Shown: one piece after another, positions 60,091 to 64,000 of the stretch
Layout: the number at the start of each line of letters is the position of its first letter
How positions within the stretch are numbered: the first letter of the stretch is position 1
DNA from: Nitrospinota bacterium
Lineage (GTDB): Bacteria > Nitrospinota > Nitrospinia > Nitrospinales > VA-1
Assembly (NCBI GenBank): GCA_038108555.1
Contig: JAYNIA010000004.1
Coordinates: forward strand, 51,563 to 115,562
Reading direction: 5' to 3'
Length of the DNA: 64,000 nucleotides
Translations under genes and position numbers: made by a program
The notes under the pieces: generated by a model
What the model saw: the letters and a program-made list of their open reading frames with translations, nothing else
Database searches by the model: none
Told to the model about the DNA's origin: nothing

Positions 60091-60731
60091 CGTCCCCCGT
60101 TCAAACCGAACTATTAGAAAATACCCTGGTAATGCATTTTCCGAATGACTTTCAAGTCTTGAGCTGGGCCCCATTCAACTCAGGATCAATTCGAACAAAT
60201 TGTATTTTTAATCACCAATTGGATGGAAATAAAAGTATTGATTCTCTGGAAATTTTTCATAATTTGATAAAAACATTCAATTTACCGGAAAACTCTGTAG
60301 GAATGCTGACCGCAGCAAAGATAAGGAACTTCTGTACTCATTATTTACAATCCGGGCCTTTTTGGGTTCAGGCAATTTGCACGGTGGGCCTGGATAATAC
60401 CCGGACGGTGGGCGAGAAAGCCGATGTCGATTCACAATCTGAAATTGGAACAATAAATTTAATACTTGTCACCAACTCCCTGCCCGACTTATCGGGTCAA
60501 TTGGAAGCCCTTCAAGTTTGCACCATGGCAAAAACCCGTGCCTTGGCTGAAATGAAAATAAAAAGCAGTAAGTCGGGAACTCCCGCCACAGGCACGGGAA
60601 CCGATTGCATCGCCCTGGCAACATCAGGGGAATTGAAACAAAACTATTGTGGTATGCACACCCGGTTGGGGGAGTTGATTGGTCGAGCCACCTATGAAAC
60701 CATCAAAGAGGGAATTGAAAAAAACCAATAA
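60087..60731 (+). CDS. cbiZ: Adenosylcobinamide amidohydrolase CbiZ-family protein
   Basis: GMLTAA, TVGLDN, GTINL, ATGTGTDC, HTRLGELIG. Probable TTG start overlaps the transporter TGA. Confidence 0.8.
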   Translation: MTSPVQTELLENTLVMHFPNDFQVLSWAPFNSGSIRTNCIFNHQLDGNKSIDSLEIFHNLIKTFNLPENSVGMLTAAKIRNFCTHYLQSGPFWVQAICTVGLDNTRTVGEKADVDSQSEIGTINLILVTNSLPDLSGQLEALQVCTMAKTRALAEMKIKSSKSGTPATGTGTDCIALATSGELKQNYCGMHTRLGELIGRATYETIKEGIEKNQ

Positions 60732-60971
60732 AACTCTAATGCCTGATTTATTTCCCTTTCCTTGAGCCCCCGGTTGAATGATTACCTGCCCCACTCCTTC
60801 CTTTAAAATCTAAAAATATACTTGTTTTATTTTTCCAACACGGGAATTATTAAACTGAGTCCCTAACAAAATTAAAATATCGGAATTAGGATAAAACCCG
60901 GGGCTATAGGACTGCATGTTTAATTTTTATTCATCCATTGGATAAGAAAAACTAAATCAGGATTAAGGCGG

Positions 60972-63900
60972 ATGGAATATAAAATTAAAAATCCGATCAA
61001 ATTTTCGGATGAAGACAGTATCCATTCCATGATGAAGTTCTCTATAAAGGAAAAAGAGGAGCTTTTTAATGGAATTATAAATAATGCTGGGGCAGCGGTT
61101 TGTTTAAAGGATACTGAAGGTCGATATATTTTTGTCAACAAGGAATTCGAGAAACTACTCAAAGTAAAACTTGAAAATTTAATAGGCAAAACAGATTCTG
61201 ATATTTTTCCCGATAAAATTTCTGAAAAGCTGATCGCCAACGATAAATTCGTGCTGGATAAGGGACAGGTTCTTGAGGTTGAAGAAAATGTTCTCATTGA
61301 AAACAATCAGCACACTTTTCTTTCGGTAAAATTTCCCGTTTCCAACTCAAATGATGAAGTGTTTGGAGTCGCAGGAATCTCCACAGATATCACTTTAAGA
61401 AAAAGGACGGAATCGCTTCTCTCAATTCAGAATCACGCTTTGGAAAAGCTTGCACAAGGTTATCCTCTGGAAAAATACATGGATATCCTGACCCTGGGCT
61501 ATGAAGAAATTTTTCCCGGAGCAAAATGCTCCGTTCTTTTACTGAACCCGACCTATCACACCCTTCACAATTGTTCCGGTCCCAATATTCCCAAGGAATT
61601 TAAAGATGCAATCAATGGGATGAATATTGGCCCGGAGGTGGGTTCTTGTGGAACCGCCGCTTTTAAAAAAGAAATTGTCATCGTGGAAAATATTTCGACA
61701 GACCCCTTATGGGCACGAGCAGGAAAATTTGCCTTATCTCACGGTCTTGAGTCTTGTTGGTCTTGTCCCATAATTGATTCTGATAATGAAGTGCTGGGAA
61801 CATTTGCGGTTTACTACGATTCCCCCAAAAAACCTGAAAAAGAAGAGTTGGATATCATTCAGTCCATGGCGCATCTGGCAAGGGTTGCTATCGAAAATAA
61901 AAATAAAGAAAAAGAGCTAAAAACCATTCATTTAGAACTTGAAGATCGTGTGGAAAAACGGACTTCTGAGTTGAAGACAGCAAACAGGTTGCTTGAAAGT
62001 GAAATCAGTGAAAGGCGAATTGCCGAAAAACAAATTATCAGCCTGTCTAAATTTCCAGATGAAAACCCCAACCCTTGTTTAAGAGTCAACCGGGCAGGAA
62101 TTCTTATTTATACCAATTTACCGGGTTCAAAGTTGCTGAAAAACTGGGATTACAAAATTTTTGAACTGGTTCCAATTCCCTTTCGGAATGTGGTTAAAAA
62201 AGTGTTTTCCACGCAAACCAATACTGAGTTTGAAGTGGAAGCAAATGAACAAGTCATTCTATTCCATGCCGTTTATGTTCCTGAAATGGACTATATCAAT
62301 TTATACGGTCAGGACATCACCGAACGGAAAAGTGCTGAGTTCCTGGCAACGGAGCAAAACAAAATTTTAAAAAGCCTGGCAATGGGTGAACAACTATCAA
62401 TCATCCTGAATTCCATGGCCGTAATGGCGGAATCTTATTTAAAGGGAATGTTGTGCTCTGTTCTTGTTTTGAATCCAGAAACCCAACGGATGCATTATAT
62501 TTCTGCGCCCAACATACCTAAAGGTTATGTGGAGGAGTTGGATGGTTTTGAAATTGGCCCGGTGGCGGAACCCTGCGGAACCGCTGCCTATAACAACAAA
62601 ACAATCATCGCCGAAGACATTGAAACGGATGTCTATTGGAAAGACTACAAACATATTGCATTGCGTTATGGACTAAATTCCTGCTGGGCCACCCCCATAC
62701 AGGGGTCTCGCGGAGAAGTGCTGGTTACTTTGGCTTTTTTCTGGAAACACCCCAAAAAATCCGATGATAAAATCCGGGACTTTCATCAAACCATGGCCCA
62801 TCTTGCAGGCTTGGCCCTGGAACAAAAACGGACAGAAAAAAAATTAAAAGATGCTGTTCGCAGCTCAGAAAAAGCCAATCAGGCCAAGTCCGAGTTTTTA
62901 GCTCGCATGAGTCACGAACTTCGCACCCCAATGAATGCCATTTTGGGTTTCACGCAGTTACTGCAAATGGATAAGCAAAATCCTTTGGCAGATTACCAAA
63001 AAGCAAATATGGAGAGGGTTTCTACCGCCGGAAAATATCTTTTGGAACTCATCAATGAAACTTTGGACCTTGCCAAGGTCGAATCAGGTGAAATGAAATT
63101 GGATATTGAAAGATTAAATATAATTCCCATTGTGGAAAATGCTCTAACCATTTCCAAACCCCTTACTGTTCCTCAAAATATTTCATTGGAACTAAATAAA
63201 AATTCCCTGACGGAGATCATGGTAGAGGTCGACAAACTTCGTTTTATGCAGGTCCTGGTTAATTTGATTTCCAATGCCATAAAATATAATAAACCCAATG
63301 GCTCCGTTTTAGTTTCTATTGAAAAATCGGATGAAGAAAATGTCCGTATTAGCGTCAAGGACACCGGAAATGGTATTCCAAAAAATCAAAGAAACAAGCT
63401 CTTCATTCCTTTTGAACGATTTGATCCAAATGCGCAATTGATTGAAGGAACAGGAATTGGATTGGCAATTTCAAAACATTTTGTAGAAATGTTGAAGGGC
63501 ACTATTGGATATGAAAGCGTGGAAGGTGAAGGAAGCACCTTTTTTGTCTGTCTTCCAATCACCAACAAAAATTTTTTTATGTCAGAAAAAGTAAAGACAA
63601 TGAAGGCCATTTCCAAATCTGACAACAGGGAAAAAAGTAATTATAAAATTCTTTATATAGAAGATATTCCAGAAAATATAATTTTGATTGAAAGGATATT
63701 TGAACACCGCTCCAATTTCGAAATTCTTTCTGCCGCAAATGCAAGCGAAGGAATTGAACTCGCAAAAAGTATCGTTCCTGATTTGATTTTGATGGATATT
63801 CAATTGCCAGATATGGATGGCTTTTTGGCCCTGAAAAAACTACAGGAAATAAATGAAACCCAAAATATACCTGTCATTGCCTTAACAGCAGATGCAATGA

Positions 63901-64000
63901 CAACAGACAAAAAGCGAGGTCTCGAGGAAGGTTTCAAAGATTATCTCACCAAACCCATCGACATAAGCCAACTTCTGCATAAAATTGATAAGATCTTATC
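60972..64000 (+). CDS. Hybrid sensor histidine kinase PAS-GAF-PAS-GAF-HisKA-HATPase-REC, 3'-truncated by the window edge
   Basis: Hand translation from ATG 60972: KDTEGRYIFVN..GKTD (PAS), GSCGTAAF and EPCGTAAY (GAF), FLARMSHELRTPMNAILG, NLISNAIKYN, DTGNG, GTGIGL, YIED..LMDIQLPDMDG..TKP. Confidence 0.9.
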   Translation, partial: MEYKIKNPIKFSDEDSIHSMMKFSIKEKEELFNGIINNAGAAVCLKDTEGRYIFVNKEFEKLLKVKLENLIGKTDSDIFPDKISEKLIANDKFVLDKGQVLEVEENVLIENNQHTFLSVKFPVSNSNDEVFGVAGISTDITLRKRTESLLSIQNHALEKLAQGYPLEKYMDILTLGYEEIFPGAKCSVLLLNPTYHTLHNCSGPNIPKEFKDAINGMNIGPEVGSCGTAAFKKEIVIVENISTDPLWARAGKFALSHGLESCWSCPIIDSDNEVLGTFAVYYDSPKKPEKEELDIIQSMAHLARVAIENKNKEKELKTIHLELEDRVEKRTSELKTANRLLESEISERRIAEKQIISLSKFPDENPNPCLRVNRAGILIYTNLPGSKLLKNWDYKIFELVPIPFRNVVKKVFSTQTNTEFEVEANEQVILFHAVYVPEMDYINLYGQDITERKSAEFLATEQNKILKSLAMGEQLSIILNSMAVMAESYLKGMLCSVLVLNPETQRMHYISAPNIPKGYVEELDGFEIGPVAEPCGTAAYNNKTIIAEDIETDVYWKDYKHIALRYGLNSCWATPIQGSRGEVLVTLAFFWKHPKKSDDKIRDFHQTMAHLAGLALEQKRTEKKLKDAVRSSEKANQAKSEFLARMSHELRTPMNAILGFTQLLQMDKQNPLADYQKANMERVSTAGKYLLELINETLDLAKVESGEMKLDIERLNIIPIVENALTISKPLTVPQNISLELNKNSLTEIMVEVDKLRFMQVLVNLISNAIKYNKPNGSVLVSIEKSDEENVRISVKDTGNGIPKNQRNKLFIPFERFDPNAQLIEGTGIGLAISKHFVEMLKGTIGYESVEGEGSTFFVCLPITNKNFFMSEKVKTMKAISKSDNREKSNYKILYIEDIPENIILIERIFEHRSNFEILSAANASEGIELAKSIVPDLILMDIQLPDMDGFLALKKLQEINETQNIPVIALTADAMTTDKKRGLEEGFKDYLTKPIDISQLLHKIDKIL

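Overview
Gene-dense chromosomal window from a diderm (LPS-producing) bacterium using the standard code. Gene content and order suggest a Nitrospinota-like lineage; this is an inference and was not verified. It is mostly housekeeping: shc; rplM-rpsI; argC-argJ-def-fmt-uxs-radC-gmhA-hldE; hldD; apgM-like-lysC-cimA; glnB-glnA-glnE; clpC-bamA-skp-fabZ-lpxA-gnnA-like-lpxI-lpxB-lpxJ-like; metH; uvrC; an NSS transporter-cbiZ pair. Accessory genes are a higBA toxin-antitoxin pair, a chemoreceptor, a hybrid histidine kinase missing from the ORF track, and several unknown exported proteins. I saw no rRNA, tRNA, CRISPR array, integrase or transposase. The most notable signals are: (1) a 24-30 nt hairpin element in three copies with compensatory stem changes, each overlapping a TAA stop codon; (2) a 920-codon chemoreceptor with tandem Aer2-like PAS domains, split by one in-frame TGA; (3) an ApgM-family protein lacking most metal ligands, heading the lysC-cimA operon; (4) an internal RBS and ATG in lysC at the beta-subunit position; (5) a probable CTG start for uvrC; (6) an NtrC/sigma54-like layout upstream of glnBA; (7) two divergent genes sharing one CATG; (8) a probably leaderless higB with a palindromic operator. 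I cannot show a wholly new multi-gene system from sequence alone. The repeat family and the degenerate ApgM are the best candidates for undescribed biology.
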